NCBI GenBank assembly: GCA_951406725.2
Contig: OX597834.1
Coordinates: 41,230,001-41,294,000 of the forward strand
Source of the DNA: Octopus vulgaris
Taxonomy: Eukaryota
DNA length: 64,000 nucleotides
Direction: 5' to 3'
A program made the position numbers and the translations under genes. Shown piece by piece: positions 22,484-37,220 of the stretch. The first letter of the stretch is position 1, and each line of letters begins with the position of its first letter. The notes below the pieces were generated by a model that ran no database searches, was not told the DNA's origin, and saw nothing but the letters and a program-made list of their open reading frames with translations.

Positions 22484-24908
22484 CTGTGGTCAGTTGTGTT
22501 TGAATAATTTATTCATTAAATTTTCTTGTTTGTCAGTGAAAAACAAAAATAGAACAACTAAAATCTGCCCCTAACCTACGGGTTCAACAGGGTGGTGCTC
22601 ATCCCAGGTTTTGGGGGCGTTTAAGCGATTGAGAGACCAAGACTTCACTAAGACTTCTAGACAACACACCAGTTCGTTGGTATATTAACTCTCCGTTTCT
22701 AGAGCTAATTTTTAGCTGAGTGAGATGAGGCAACATTTAATGAAGTACCTTGCTCAAGGCCACCGCCCGGACGGGGAACGGAATCTACGATTCTACGATC
22801 ACGAGTTTAACACCCTGACCATTAGGTGGCGCAAGGTCACCCCTCACCTTCCCCTGGAGCTGTTGCTGTTGTTCAATTTCAGCAGAAGCCACGTGAAATG
22901 GTTGGAAATTCTGACACACACACACACACAAAACACACATATACATACACTCACTCACGCAGACGCACGACATAACACACACACTCACACACAACATTGA
23001 CTCACACATACACAATACATTTACACACACACATTTGGCCAGATACAAATATACACACACACAACCACTTACACACATACATTCACTTACGCACACACAC
23101 TCAGACACACACGCGCATACACACACACGCGCACACGCACATACACACACACAACACACATTCACACACACAACACATTCACACACACACACACACACGG
23201 CCACATACAAATACACACATACACAACCACATACACACATACACACATACACACTCATACATATACATACACTTACGCACACACACTCAGACACACACAC
23301 ACACGTACACACACACACACACACACGCACACACATACATACACACACACACACTCTCCCTCATACACGCACACACACTCTCTCTCTCTCACACACATGT
23401 ACAGTGATATGTTAGCAAGGTTGTCACCAGAGTGGTCTACGGTATTCATATTAACTTTCTGCGTTCACAGGTTCAATCCCGATGAGGCCAACTATATCTT
23501 TTATCCTTTTGGGGTCCATTAATGAAGTTACCAGTCCAGCAAAGGGTTAGATATTCCCCCACCCCCACACTCTCTGTTTTTTTTGTAGAAATCGGTTGTA
23601 GCCAGACTAGTAGGGGGTAGGGCACTGGCACACCTCAAAAATACCTCAAGACCTGCCGTAGGTCATCATGGTGCCCCTACAATTACGTCAAGCAACGTAA
23701 TTATGTGCGTCAGTGTATGTGATTGCGTGCCTATGCATGATGTGTATGTGTATGCATGCTTATGTACGTGTGCCTGAGTGTGTGGTGCGTTATCATTGGA
23801 TAAGAGATACACGAGGCATGGGGTGGGGGAGAAAATAGAAACTCGATGGGAAAAACATAAATATTCTCGCATTCGTCAGCAGAAAAGAAAAATGCAAGTT
23901 TGAAAATTTTGCATTCTTATTTTTAGTCACGTCTAGTGGCCTTTTGATGGCGATCCATCAACATTCTTAGTGTCTCGTCTTCAAATTAAACAGTGGGTGT
24001 GGCTAAGCCGTTAATTGATGCCCGACCGAACCGACCGACCGAACAACCGTGAGACAAAATAAGCAGACGACTTTTATTTCATCTAATTAACATATTGTTT
24101 CTATCTTTAACTTTTGTATTTACCTGAAAAGAAAAAAAACAATAAAATGTAAGAACGACGTGCGAGTGGGAAAAAAATATTTGCTACAACATTTTAGCTT
24201 TTGTTCCACTAAAGATGTTAAATGAAGTTCGTGAGAAAGGCACAGACATCATAATCTAAATCATTAACCCCATCACCCCCTCTCTTCTACTACTGTGACC
24301 CAATGAAGAAGTATCTACCCGATCGCCGGATTAGCTAGAAATAGCCATCACATTTCTCTGAACCACATCATACTGTCTGCAAAATTAAAAATGCAAATTT
24401 AAGTAAAAGCCACATTGGACAGTGTAACCTGGAAAAATAAAAGACGAAATGTTTTCTCTTATAGGCCTGTCCATTCAAACTGATATGCCACATTCTAATA
24501 ACATCTCTGTAGTATCGGAACTGTGACCACTTAAAGAGGGGAAGTGGAGGCCCGATCTGGAGAGACTCCCTGATCGAGTAACATTACTTCAGAATAACAT
24601 TACTCCCTGTCGAGTAGCATTACTTCAGAAATCCTTCTGAAGGACCACATTTCGTGGATTACCTACGTGGTCACTCAGTCTGCTAGAAATAGGAACCAAA
24701 TCTCCCTGAAATAGTTCCATCCACCATACACCCCTCCAAAAAACTGGAAAGAAACGATAATGTAGTTCTAAATGTCCCTATGCATGAAAGAAAGATATAG
24801 TTGACTATTATTTGAACACAGAACAAAATGTTTTACAGATTTTATTCCGGTTATCAGTGCGTTGAGTTCGAAACCTTACCTTTCGTAGTCATATACATAT
24901 GCATACGT

Positions 24909-24940
<32 letters not shown>

Positions 24941-25044
24941 TGTATGTATGTATGTATGTATGTATGTATGCATTTGTGACTGTGTTTGTGTATGTATGTG
25001 TATGCGTATGTGTGTGTGAGTGTTTGTGAAGAAAAGAGATTTAT

Positions 25045-25400
25045 CTACTCGCAGTTTAAAAGTTTTTTTGTAAATTTATCAAAATACCATACCGGTTTCA
25101 ACAATATTTTTCAGCGGTAAATAAAAAAAACTCTAAGAGAAATTGAAGGTGCAAGAGAAAAGTCAGTAAAACTGTTAAAAAATTCAAATGTTCATAGAAA
25201 TTCCAAATTTCAATAAATATTATTTTCTATTACTGTTGAATTCTGCAATTTGTACGAATATTTGAATTTTTGAACATTTTTTAAATCGGATTTTATCGTG
25301 CACCATACCATCTCTTTTAAACTATTTTTTACCACTGGAAAAAAATGATTAAAATGGTATTTTAATAAATTCATTAAAAATGTTAAAATTTACGACTCAG
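25045..25400. repeat. Degenerate ~360-bp AT-rich palindrome (foldback or MITE relic)
   Basis: Arm matches AAATTTATCAAAATACCAT/ATGGTATTTTAATAAATT, TTTTCAGCGGTAAA/TTTACCACTGGAAAA and TGTTAAAAAATTCAAATGTTC/GAATATTTGAATTTTTGAACA. Confidence 0.8.
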
Positions 25401-25428
25401 GTACATTTCTAGCCCCAAACTAACACTG

Positions 25429-25478
<50 letters not shown>

Positions 25479-25747
25479 TTTTATACACACATGCATATAT
25501 ATATTTACATTCACAAACACACGCACACATATATGTATATGTGTATATATATATGTATAAATATATGATTTTGTATATGAATATGAATATATATATATAT
25601 TACAAATAAGAAAATGGAGAAGCACATTAGTTGGTTCATCAACTTTAGGACACTAAAATGTTAACTTATTTATTTATCAAAACGACAGAAAAAGATGAAT
25701 ACAAATTATTGCATGTGTGTGTATATATGTATGCATATATATATGAA

Positions 25748-25792
<45 letters not shown>

Positions 25793-25824
25793 GTATATAT
25801 ACATACATACATATATATATATAT

Positions 25825-25859
<35 letters not shown>

Positions 25860-25870
25860 ATGTTGATTCG

Positions 25871-26053
25871 CTAGCCTCTGCACGCATTTTTTTCTCTCCG
25901 TGTTTCTTTTCTGTGTATCTTTCTGTTGAAGAGCGTAGGCTCGAAACGTAAAAGACTTGTTTTATTTATATTCCTGAGCGCCATACTAATACAATTGTTT
26001 GTTTCTACTCCACCTGCCTTCGTCTTTTGTTTATTTTCGTAAAGCTTCCCGTT
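25871..26053 (+). mobile_element. Small (TA)n-embedded element with hammerhead-like motif H3 (25918-25955); second copy at about 29592-29780
   Basis: UCUUU-CUGUUGA-A-GAGC(GUAG)GCUC-GAAA-C-GUA-AAAGA. The two copies align over about 180 bp. Confidence 0.65.
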
Positions 26054-26080
26054 ATATATATATATATATATATATGTGTG

Positions 26081-26135
<55 letters not shown>

Positions 26136-26163
26136 TATGTATGTGTATATATATATGTGTATG

Positions 26164-26220
<57 letters not shown>

Positions 26221-26223
26221 TAT

Positions 26224-26266
<43 letters not shown>

Positions 26267-26558
26267 GGTATTGGAAAATTCACATTGAGGTGTTATCTCT
26301 GGTGAGAATGTTCTGAGTTGAAGAAGATTCATCTTCTGTGGGAATCTTCGGACCCAAAGATTTTCACATGGGATCAAACAGCTAGTTACCGCGGGGCCAA
26401 CAATAAAATCTTTTTTTTCCACATCCATTAAATTCTCTCTTTATTTGAAGTTGTCTTCTTTTCATCTTAATATATGCAGTGGTTGTGCATTTTATTGCCC
26501 AACACCAATTAGCACGATGCAAGTAACCCTTTTCCAATATTTAAATAGCTTCTTTTGA

Positions 26559-26880
26559 AGGCAGCGAACTGGCAGATGCGTCAGCGCGCCGGGCGAAATG
26601 CCTAACGGTATATCGTCTGCCGTTACGTTCTGAGTTCAAATTCCGCTATGTAAATATTCTTATTTCTTTATTGCCCACAAGGGGCTAAACAGAGGGGAAA
26701 AACAAGGACAGACAAAGGGATTAAGTTGATTACATCGAGTCCAGTGCGTAACTTATCGACTCCGAAAGGATGAAAGGCAAAGTCGACCTCGGCGGAATTT
26801 GAACTCAGAACGTAACGGCAGACGAAATACCGCTAAGCATTTCGCCCGGCGTGCTAACGATTCTGCCAGCTCGCCGCCTT
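26559..26880. mobile_element. Two SINE B copies in inverted orientation (+ head 26559-26648; - copy 26661-26880)
   Basis: Both match the family B consensus. Confidence 0.88.
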
Positions 26881-27036
26881 GTACCATACATATCTTGGCA
26901 ACAAACAGGCAGTCAAGTTGGACTGGCTGGTGGTCCCCTACTCACCGTATCACCCATATCTGTGCCCCTCTAACTTACAGATGTTCAATCCAATAAAAGG
27001 TAGTCTTCAGTGATAATGATTTGATGATACAGGTGA

Positions 27037-27074
<38 letters not shown>

Positions 27075-27826
27075 GAGGTGGAATATTCAGACAGTGGAAT
27101 GCTCAGTGGTTACGTGAGGAGAATGGGGTAAGCGCTAAGTATGTGAAAATGTGCAGACTCTCCGAGCGATCAAAGCGATAGATAGAGAGAGTGAGGAAGA
27201 GAGACGGAGAGAGGGAGGGCGAGAGAGAAGAAGAAGAAGAAGAGAGAGAGAGAAGAGATGGTTTCGGGGATTTTCGGTATTGTGCGTGGGTGTAAGTGGA
27301 TGCGATGTGCAAATTTATTAAGACTGCACGACAACGGGATGGTGTTGGTGCAGGTGGTACAGAAATGTAGTGCACAGTGGGGGTTGCATTTCAAAGACAG
27401 TTCAGGGTGTGCGCCTGTATGTATCTATTTGTATGTATGTGTATCTGCATGTATGTATAAATGCGTGTATGCATGTGTGTGTGCATCATAAAACAAAAAA
27501 AGCAGAGAAAGAGAAAGTGAGATGTGTTGCAGGTGTATGGAGGAATGGAGGAGGTGCGTGGACAGTGTGAAATGTTACCGACATAATCTGGTGTGTTCGT
27601 GGTGTATAGGAACAGACATTATCTGTTTGAGTGTGTGTGGCGTATGTGTAATGTGTGTGCGTGCCTCTGTGTGTGTGTGTGTAAGAGTTGACGCCTCACC
27701 ACCCCACTTTATATTATATCAACCGAATAGATAATTAGATGAATATATAAATAAATTGATATTAAATTGCAAAAAAATAGGTGTCACATGTTCTCACAAC
27801 TGAAAGCCGACAGTTCTTTTCACATA

Positions 27827-27872
<46 letters not shown>

Positions 27873-28299
27873 TTTATTTAAGCATAAATTCAAATAGGCA
27901 TACTCATATACGTACACATATGGCTCATATACACGCAGCTATGCATTTACATATACAAAAATATGTATGAGCATGTATATAAAAGGAGTAAAGAAACCCC
28001 CTTCGGTCATAAATGATCATAGGCTTGCACCTAGAAAGTTATCCCCTCACAAGGCACAAGTCCAGGCAAGGTTGTTTATGGAATGCCAGCAGTTGCTCAT
28101 GCATACCGGCCTCCCCTCTCCACGTCACTGATGTTATCCAAGGGAAAGGCAAAGGGGCCGATACAGCTTGGCACCTGTGACTTCGCAATTCATTTCTACA
28201 GCTGAGTGAACTGGAACAACGCGAAATAAAGTGTCTCGCTCAAGAACACTATACACCGATCGATCCGGGAATCGATCTACACACACACACACACACCTA

Positions 28300-28374
<75 letters not shown>

Positions 28375-28409
28375 TTATCCATCTATCTATCCATCTATCT
28401 ATTTATCTA

Positions 28410-28532
<123 letters not shown>

Positions 28533-28569
28533 GTCTGTTTGTCTGTCTGTCTGCCTGTCTGCCTGTCTG

Positions 28570-28725
<156 letters not shown>

Positions 28726-29221
28726 TCTATATATGTATATATTTACATATATATGTATGTATATGTGTGATATATATATATGTATACTATATATATCTAT
28801 ATAATATACATGTATCTATATACAATGTACATACACACACACACAGTCAGACATATATGCACACTCACACTCACACACACATACACACACACACACACAG
28901 ACATTACTATTCACAGAGACACATACGAGTGCAAACGAGTGCGCCTGTAAGTGTGTGTTCGGCCTGCTAGAAAAAAGCATCCAGATTTCCCTCAAACATC
29001 ATCCGTCTTCAATAAATAAATAAATAAATAAATAAATGAATAAATAAATAAAAAAAGAAAAGGAAGAAAGGAATAGAAAAAGGAACTGATTGGATAAAGT
29101 AGTTATAAAGTAGATATACAACGGTCTGAAAATGAGATACGATGATAACATCTGGAATGTACTTGATCACGGATCTTTTTTGGCCTTGGACTAAATAGCT
29201 AAAATGATAATAGCTTAACAG

Positions 29222-29299
<78 letters not shown>

Positions 29300-29944
29300 A
29301 AGCTGCAGCCGAAGCCGCAGTATCAACAATGACTGCAACATCAACAACAACGACAAATCGAGTATATCGGAACCACTGAAATAGCTTCCAGGTGGTTTGC
29401 TCGATCGATTCCAAACAGCAGCCATCGTTCCATTCTAACAACGTCTTATCATCTTAAAAAATGGACACTGGATAATGTTGTTTTAGATATGAGGTGCAAG
29501 GAGCATTTTAGAAGGCTTGAGACGTTTTTTTAGGAATGGTAACTATAGCTGACCTAGTTCATTGTACTTTCGGTATATCATTATTAGATTGGTAGCCACT
29601 ACACACATTTTTTTTCTTCTCTCCTTGTTTCTCTCCTTGTTTTTTTTTCTGTGTCCCTTTCTGTAGAAGAGCGTAGGCTCGAAACATAAAAGACTTCTTT
29701 CAATTCCCGAGCGTTATACTAATGCATCTGTTTTGTACACCACCTGTCTTCGTCTTTTGTTTTTTTCGTGAACACTCCCCACATATCACACGCTCACGTG
29801 GTCGCATTAGTTGATCCTGTCATCTCTTATCACACACGAACTTCTCCACTGGACTTTTTACCTATCTACCCTTTACGGATTCTCTTTTGGACTTTCTACA
29901 CTCCGGCTGCACCTCTCCTACCTACGAATCACTGTAGACTCTAC

Positions 29945-30463
29945 TCTTGATGAAAAATATCATTATTATACATCTGATAAGCTGACCTGCAAACTTTTGT
30001 TATTTCAGACTGAAGGAGACAGCGTAACGGCACTTTGAGCGCCATCCCACAAAACACTACACGCCATCGCTGACAATGATTTTAGAATGTTGTCGGGACG
30101 TGAAGACAGGAAGTTCGTTATGCAATAAAGTTTTGTGTTAAACTGAGAAAAGAAGCTGAAGAAACTTACGAAATTCTCCAGACTGCTTATGGGTTAACTT
30201 GTATGAGCTGAGCATCTGTCTTTCGTTTGCACAAGAGGTCATGCAAAGCCAGTCCACCGGGAAGCACGGGTAGATCCTCTTTTTCTACAGCATGAGCCTG
30301 GGTTCTCTCTAGCTGGACGGTTAACAAGGTGCTTTGTGAAGATTTTGAGGGAGTTGAAGAAGAAATTTCGTCGCAAATGGCCAGAGAACCTACATCAGGA
30401 CGGTGCATCAGTCCACAATTCCATTCTGGTAACCAATTACTTGACAGAGATAGAGATAGCCAG
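29945..30463 (+). mobile_element. Internally deleted mariner transposase remnant
   Basis: EVRYAIKFCVKLRKEAEETYEILQTAYG (N-terminal HTH) and ILRELKKKFRRKWPENLHQDGASVHNSILVTNYL (second catalytic D region). Confidence 0.8.
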
Positions 30464-30465
30464 AA

Positions 30466-30880
30466 GGCGGCGAGCTGGCAGAAACGTTAGCACGCCGGAC
30501 GAAATGCTTAGCGGTATTTCGTCTGCCGCTACGTTCTGAGTTCAAATTCCACCGAGGTCGACTTTGCCTTTCATCCTTTCGGGGTCGATAAATTAAGTAC
30601 CAGTTACACACTGGGGTCGATGTAATCGACTTAATCCGTTTGTCTGTCCTTGTTTGTCCCCTCTGTGTTTAGCCCCTTGTGGGTAGTAAAGAAATAGGTA
30701 TTTCGTCTGCCGTTACGTTCTGAGTTCAAATTCCGCCGAGGTCGACTTTGCCTTTCATCCTTTCGGGGTCGATTAAATAAGTACCAGTTACGCACTGGGG
30801 TCGATGTAATCGACTTAATCCGTTTGTCTGTCCTTGTTTGTCCTCTCTGTGTTTAGCCCCTTGTGGGTAATAAAGAAATA
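30466..30880 (+). mobile_element. SINE family B, head plus two 184-bp units
   Basis: Units start at GTATTTCG 30514 and 30698. Confidence 0.93.
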
Positions 30881-31009
30881 AGAAAATTTTAAAAATTTAT
30901 AAAACAAAACTACAAAAAACACGCCCTCTCGAACAATAGTTTCTTCTGATGATGAATGTCACTTCGGTATTTATGATCTACATGTTGTTGTTGATGTTAT
31001 TGTTGCTGT

Positions 31010-31218
31010 CGTATTTACCTAGGTCAGCCTAACTGAGCAGACCTGTGATCAAAAATATTTCAGCCGTGACACTCCCGTCTTCTTCGTTTTTGCAAGTAAC
31101 TCCACGTAACATTATCCAATGTGTCCTTCTCTAAGAAGGTGGAGTACGATTTCAGGGGAATTTGGCTGTTATTTTTAGCCGGTTGGACGAATACAGTGAA
31201 ACACCCTCGTTGGTTCGT
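31010..31218 (-). mobile_element. Old SINE-like family D (GAAATAGCAGCCAAAT..GGACACATTGGATAATGT..GGTCACGGCTGGAA..GACCT(A/G)GG..AAACAAC)
   Basis: Many degenerate copies across the window, e.g. about 17135-17540, 22090-22160, 24330-24500, 32500-33530, 40600-40770, 47455-47520, 58085-58230 and 61520-61620. Confidence 0.7.
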
Positions 31219-31351
31219 CTACAGTGTTATTTGTGTGTGCGCGTCTTTATAAGTTTGGGAGGGAGGGATAAGTGGGATCTGACTACTGTTTCATGAATGA
31301 CTACGTAAAGGCTACTTCTTTGGTTCTATGTTGTTGTATAAAACTGTAATA

Positions 31352-31917
31352 TTGAGTTGTCCAGAAAATTCGTGCCGATTTATAGTAGCTTACCTTTCGA
31401 CTTATTTTAGAACATGGCTGAGTCCATGAAATAGGATTTGACTACACCTCCATTTAGAGCACAGTTTAAGCTATCTTTTCGTGGACGAAGGTTTATGTTC
31501 CTATAACCTGTGCTAATTCTGTGACCCTTTAAAATGGAAGATAAGAAAGTTCATTTTCGGCACTTGATGCTTTGGGAACCAGACAAAAATTGCTGCAGCT
31601 CGGCTGGGATGTGTTACCCCACCCTCCATATTCACCAGACATTGCTCCTTCGGATTTCCATTTATTCAGATCTCTGCAGAATAGTCTTAATGGTAAAAAT
31701 TTCAATTCCTTGGATGACGTAAAAAGATACCTTGATGAATTCTTTGCCATAAAACCACCTCAATTCTGGGAAGAGGGTATTTTCAAGTTAAAGGAAAGAT
31801 GGAGACGCATTGTGCAACAAAATGGTTCATATTTGGTTGATTAAAAATGTAATGGCAAGTATTTATTGACCTTTTTCTTTCCTTTAAAAATCGGCGCGAA
31901 CTTTCCGGACAACCCAA
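31352..31917 (+). mobile_element. Non-autonomous mariner (deletion derivative) with both TIRs and TA TSD
   Basis: TIRs TTGAGTTGTCCAGAAAATTCGTGCCGATTT / AAATCGGCGCGAACTTTCCGGACAACCCAA. The N-terminus MEDKKVHFRHLMLWE is fused out of frame to LGWDVLPHPPYSPDIAPSDFHLF..RWRRIVQQNGSY. Confidence 0.95.
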
Positions 31918-32542
31918 TAACTCAGCACTTGATCTCGCAGATTTATGGTGAAAAATGTTCAAACGAGCGCCATTTTGTCTTTTAAAGGTTATCTAGGTCT
32001 ACATTATTCAATGTGACCATCTTTATATTTGTTTACGCCCCCTGGGTGTACGTGGAGGGAAGTTTCTTTGCTATTTCTTGCCGATGGAACGAACGCGTAG
32101 CAGTGTCTTCATATAGTCTCGCTTATGACGGATTTTGTACTAAGCTGCTGTGATAGTAAAACTGGTGTTAGTTGTATTGTAACATAAGAAATCCGGTTCA
32201 TTTGTTGACAAATGCCTCACAAAATCCTCTATAGAAAAGTTTAGTGTAGGAAAGGGGTTAGCTTCGTCATGTTAATTGCCGAAGTGAGTAATCTTCAACG
32301 AAAAGGCACGTATTTACTTATCTGACAATGCTAGAGTTCTGAGTATATTTAAAGAAAGAGACACCGATAGAATGGGTTTAGTAATAGGACACGGTGAAAC
32401 AACAGATTATGAATAGTTGGTACCATTCGTGGAAAAGTCTCTCTATTCAACGAACAACAACGTAAATCATTGCTGTTGTTGTTGTTGTTGTTGTTGTGTA
32501 GTTCCTGCCCGATTTCTGATTCAGCAAACTCATAGTCTAAAG

Positions 32543-32921
32543 CAGTGGTTCTCAACCATATTTGGTCCATGATCTCCTTCGATTTCTATTTTACTCCACT
32601 GGACCGCCATAGCCATTCGATGGGGATTAAACAAAAGTCCTCCTGCATTTTTATAATTAAACATTTTAAAACTTTTTTACTCTTTTACTTGTTTCAGTCG
32701 TTTGACTGTGGCCATGCTGGAGCACCGCCCTTTTTAGTCGAGAAAATTGGCCCCAGGATTTATTCTTTGGAAGCCTAGTACTTACTCTGTCGGTCTCTTT
32801 TGCCGAACCGCTAAGTTACGGGGACGTAAACACACCAGCATCGGTTGTCAAGCGATGTTGAGGGACAAACACAGACACGCAAACATATGCACATACATAC
32901 ATACATACATACATACATACA

Positions 32922-32983
<62 letters not shown>

Positions 32984-33369
32984 TATACGATGGGCTTCTT
33001 TCAGTTTCCGTCTACCAAATTCACTCACAAGGCTTTGGCCGACCCGAGGCTATAGTAGGAGACACTGGCACAAGGCGGCGAGCTGGCAGAGACGTTAGCA
33101 CACCGGGCGAAATGCTTAGCGGTATTTCGTCTGTCTTTACGTTCTGCGTTCAAATTCCGTCGAGGTCGACTTTGCCTTTCATCTTTTCGGGGTCGAAAAA
33201 TTAAGTACCAATAGCGTACTGGAGTCGATCCAATCGACTGGCCCCCTTCGCCAAAATTTCGGTCCTTGTGCTTAGAGTAGAAACGATAAGCAACTTATTG
33301 CTCATAAATTTTAACAACAGTCTTATATTGACTCCCAAGGAACATATAGATCCCGGTTGAAAACCACTG
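32543..33369. mobile_element. hAT MITE interrupted by SINE A (-, about 32675-33066) and SINE B (+, about 33073-33280)
   Basis: TIRs CAGTGGTTCTCAACC / GGTTGAAAACCACTG. Perfect 8-bp TSD GTCTAAAG (32535-32542, 33370-33377). Confidence 0.9.
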
Positions 33370-34164
33370 GTCTAAAGCGTTCCAGTTATGGCCATCTCAA
33401 CTTTTCTCGGACAATTATACCTTGAACTATATTGTTCAATCTGCCCTCCTATTTAAATGCAAAATCGGTAGGACGTGATCGGAAAGAGAGTTTAGCTGCT
33501 ATTTGTAGTTGGTCAAACGACTACGCATTCTTATCTTTTTTTAGTTTTTCCTTATTTCAGTCATTGGACGGCGGTCATACTGGAGCACTGCTTTGAAAAG
33601 TTTACTCGAATAAATTGACCAATACTTATTATTTTAAAACTGGTGCTCACTTTTCGGTCATTTTTACTGAATTTTAAGTTACAGGGATGTAAAAAAAAAA
33701 GACAAACTTATATTAGTTATCAGGAGAGAACAAAGACACCCCCCGCACGACCACCCCCCACTTGACCACACGCGCGCAGGCACATTATGCGCTTCCACAC
33801 AGTTTCCGTCTTTCAAATTCACTAATAGGAATTGGTTTGTGCAGTGATATGATAAAAAAAAAAAACACTTGCCCAAGGAGCAGGGCAATGAAACTGAACC
33901 CGAAACCACATGAGCTTCTTAACCATACAGCTAACTATGCACCCAAAACTTACAGATGACCGAAACATTGCAGGCATGATGGCATGATTAAGAAGGTCAC
34001 ATGACTGCTACGTGATTTCAACTTCGGTTATAAAGTTTCTGAAATCTGATAATAGGAAATGGTGTAGGAGTCAATCGGTGGGATCGTGTTTGTACTTGGG
34101 TGGCAGATTTAATCTGTACGTGCTCGTAAATGTATGTATGTATGTATGTATGTATGTATGTATG

Positions 34165-34195
<31 letters not shown>

Positions 34196-34207
34196 GCATG
34201 CATGTAT

Positions 34208-34627
34208 GTAGGAGCGGCTGTGTGGTAAGTAGCTTGCTTACGAACCACATGGTTCCGGATTCAGTCCCACTGCGTGGTACCTCGGGCAAATGTCTTCTAC
34301 TATAACCTCGGGCCAACCAAAGCCTTGTGAGTGGATTTAGTACACGGAAACTGAAAGACGCCCGTCGTATACGTATATATATATATATCTATGTGTGTGC
34401 GTCTTTGTAACCTTGTTTGTCCCCCCTCACATCGACGTTTAACAACTGGCGTCAGTGTGTTTACGCGCCCATAACATAGCGGTTTGACAAATAAAACTGA
34501 TAGAGTAAGTACTAGGTGGAAAAAATAAGTCCTGGTGTCGGTTTGTTCGACTAAAACCCACCCGTCAAGGCGGTGCTTCAGCATGGCCACAGTCAAAAGA
34601 TTGAAACAGGTAAAAGAATAAAAGAAT
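34208..34627 (+). mobile_element. SINE family A, full length
   Basis: Head and tail match the consensus. Confidence 0.88.
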
Positions 34628-34655
34628 ATATAAATATATTACATATATATGTATG

Positions 34656-34688
<33 letters not shown>

Positions 34689-34689
<1 letters not shown>

Positions 34690-34972
34690 GGGCAGCGGAC
34701 TCGCGGTCGTAGGATCGCGGTTTCGATTCCCAGATCGGGCGTTGTGAGTGTTTATTGAGCGAAAACACCTAAAGCTCCACGAGGCTCCGGCAGGGGTGGG
34801 GACGATCCTTGCTGTACTCTTTCGCCACTTTCTCTCACTCTTTCTTCTGTTGGCCTGCTCGCTTAGCCAGCGGGGTGGCGTCACTTGAAGGCTAAAACAA
34901 TGCGAAGCACATTGTGACCAGCGATGTGTAACAACATCTGATAGCCTGTTCGGTCACGGTGATCACGGTGAT
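34689..34972 (+). mobile_element. SINE family C head with a different tail
   Basis: GGGCAGCGGACTCGCGGTCG..GAAAACACCTAAAGCTCCACG, followed by a tail unlike that of 16611. Confidence 0.8.
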
Positions 34973-35309
34973 ATATATATATATATATATATATTTAACA
35001 GGAGTGTGTGTGAGTGTGTGTGTGTGTGTGTGTTAGAGAGAGATAGAGATAGAGAGAGCGAGAGAGAGAGAGAAAGAGAAGAAGTGATCCTCAGCATTGA
35101 ACTGGTATTTTATTTATCGATCCTGAAAGGGTCAAAGGCAGGGGTGACCTCGGCAGATTTGAACTAAAATCGCAGAGCTGCAACGATTCCCACAAGGCTT
35201 GCTAACCGACGCTCTAATGACTGGCAATTCACTGCATTAAATATATGCATTTTGTTGATCAAACAACAAAAACAGACTAATTCTGACAAATTCTAATATC
35301 ATTGGAATA

Positions 35310-35387
<78 letters not shown>

Positions 35388-37014
35388 TGTGTGTGTGTGT
35401 TTTAAAGGCTGATATCCAGAACTGTTTAAAGAATAAATAATTGTTTGTAGACCCTGGGAATCTTCTAAATATCTTTTAAAGACGCCCAGACGTTTCTGAT
35501 TTGAGATATTAACCTATAATTTGAAATTGTTTTCTCAATAATGCTGTGCACTATGAAACGCTTCTTTCATTGAAAGGTTATTTTCCAAATGTTTTCTGAA
35601 GCCTAAAAATAATGCAGCATCACTGAATGTCGGTCAGGTTCGTCCTACACACAAGTGCTGTTTTTAACATTAATTCTACAAATGAAGAAGAAATCCGTGG
35701 ACGCTGAACAGATGCGCGGAGAACGGTTTCTTTCGTTCCCTTAGACGTTTCGGTCACGTCCATTCATTTGGTGGCATTACCCATTCGGGTCGAGCAATAT
35801 TATTGTGGGATTCAGAAGTTTGATTCTCAGGTGCGGTAGCTTGGGCGCAAGCGTCACAAATCTTTGGGTCGACCAAATACATTTGTGAGTAAAGTTGGGG
35901 AAACGGAAAATTTACTGAAATCCATCGGAGGGACGAATAGGAAAATCACCCTGTCGCTGCTTCTCCTCCTCCTCCTCCTCCTCCTCCTCCTCCTCCTTCT
36001 TCTTCTTCTTCTTCTTCTTCTTCTTCTTCTTCTTCTTCTTCTTCTTCTTCTTCTTCTTCTTCTTCGTCATACATCTGTAGTACTTTCGTATTCTTTTACT
36101 GGTTTCAGTCGAAGTACAACAACCATACTGGAGCAACACGCACTAGAATATTAGTCGGGTATATCGACCCCCAGCACTTATTTCAGTCTGACACATCTCT
36201 TATTCCTGCACCCCCCATCTCTCTCTCTCTCTCTCTTTCTCTCTATCTCTCTCTTCTCTATCTCTCTCTGATTGTCGATCTGCTATGTTATAGGAGAAAA
36301 CGAGGCACAACATAAAGATGGCATCACTTTTTGAGACCGATATAAACATTAGCACGGATATGGCCTCTCTGTCTCTCTGTCTCCGTCTGTCACTCTGTCT
36401 GTCTGTGTCTGTGTTTCTCTGTCTCTGTCTGTATGTCTGTGTCTCGCTCTGTCACATATACCCCACCCCACAACGGCCTTCTCTACCCGTTTTTGTCTGC
36501 TAAATTTCACTCACCAGTTATTGGTCTACCCCAAAACTATCGTAGAAGACATTGACTTGCGAAAAGGCATGATTGGGAAGCGAGCGTCGTAAACTACATA
36601 TTACCTGAGACAGTGTGTCGGTAGGAAAAAAGGAAAAAAGAAGCCGTCTCAGGTGTGTAATTAGTAACTAGATACAGAGGCCGACGTTCACTTTTTATTG
36701 TATCGACGAACCCAGGAAACGCGTTGGAAGATTTATTTTCTTGTTCTAAAATGCAAATTCAATTTGTTGTGTGTCATTCAGTAAGGTTTATATGATGACC
36801 TTGCGGTTACTTAAAACAAGGAAGCCGACCAACCGAAAGGTTAACAAACAGGGAATAGTTGTCTGAAATTAATGAAGATAACTTGACTTTAAAGCCATGC
36901 TTTCGTTATGCACGAACGAATAACAATTTCTTGGTTAATAAATCAAAGATTTCCCGACAGTAGCGGAATTCTCCTGAGTATAAAGTAGACTCAATGTAGA
37001 AATTAATTAGATAA

Positions 37015-37046
<32 letters not shown>

Positions 37047-37154
37047 ATGTATGTATGTATGTGCACTTAATCTTTATATTGTTGGCTTTTGTTGAAACTC
37101 GAATAAAGTAGTATCTTCGGTTTAACACACAGACACAGATTGACACAGACACAG

Positions 37155-37220
<66 letters not shown>

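Noticed and set aside
31572-31844. Intact-looking mariner transposase ORF (SETMAR-like domestication)
   Set aside because: Only the C-terminal quarter remains. It is out of frame with the native ATG and lies between TIRs of a deletion derivative.
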